64,000 bases of DNA, taken from Balanoglossus misakiensis (taxonomy: Eukaryota > Animalia > Hemichordata). This document shows, piece after piece, positions 63,601 to 64,000 of this stretch (within the stretch, counting starts at the first letter, position 1; the number at the start of each line of letters is the position of its first letter). The DNA lies in NCBI GenBank assembly GCA_040954595.2, contig CM082578.2, forward strand, positions 16,600,998 to 16,664,997, read 5' to 3'. The position numbers and the translations under genes were made by a program. The notes beneath the pieces were generated by a model that saw only the letters and a program-made list of their open reading frames with translations, did not search any database and had not been told where the DNA came from.

Positions 63601-64000
63601 ATACTTTCTGATATTAGTGCCGAAATGCGTTTACTGGTAATAGTGTGTGAACTTTTCGTGCACATCTGTGCCTAAAATTTAGTCGATGATATAAATAGCC
63701 ATACTCACACGTTGAGGAAGATCAACAACATACATGTACATGCCTCGGGTCAATAAAAGAAGCATACACACAAAAATCCACACATGCGTATTGTGCAAAT
63801 ACGGAAAGCATATTTCGTTAATAATAATAAAGTGTGTATGTCAAAAGTAGATACATGCCAGGGGCATACACTGAGCAGAACAAGAAACCAGAGTTGATAC
63901 CCAAATCATGCTGAAAAATAGCCTAAAGTTGGAGTTACTGGGGCTTTAAATAAACAAAAGTGGTGTCAAAAGTGGATCCCGTTTCTACGTCAGTTCGCCT

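Overview
This is AT-rich, gene-sparse eukaryotic (animal) genomic DNA. The repeat types and receptor style suggest a marine invertebrate, possibly a deuterostome; that is inference only. The only well-supported intact genes are three same-strand, single-coding-exon rhodopsin-class (class A) GPCR paralogues (30970-31959, 49988-51001, 59490-60611), each preceded by a 3' splice acceptor. All three have an unusual architecture: no Cys3.25-ECL2 disulfide, a very short ECL2, a conserved N-terminal/TM7-top Cys pair, His7.45 and no Trp6.48. Two of them have a neutralised DRY motif (NRY, SRY). The intergenic DNA holds two relics of one Gypsy-type LTR retrotransposon family: ~10.0-11.1 kb, with LTR and tRNA-Leu PBS, and ~45.4-46.9 kb, with a decayed gag. 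Their leaders share a perfectly identical 72-bp core inside a plus-strand RNA three-way-junction fold. Also present are a 66-bp perfect-hairpin mini-transposon with a 9-10 bp TSD (empty site visible in the paralogous copy), a tandem pair of TTAA-type MITEs, an unidentified decayed coding fragment, micro/minisatellites and several RFX X-box-like motifs. I found no prokaryotic system, CRISPR array, rRNA or intact tRNA. Most short ORFs in the supplied track look spurious. All identifications were made by eye, with no database searches.
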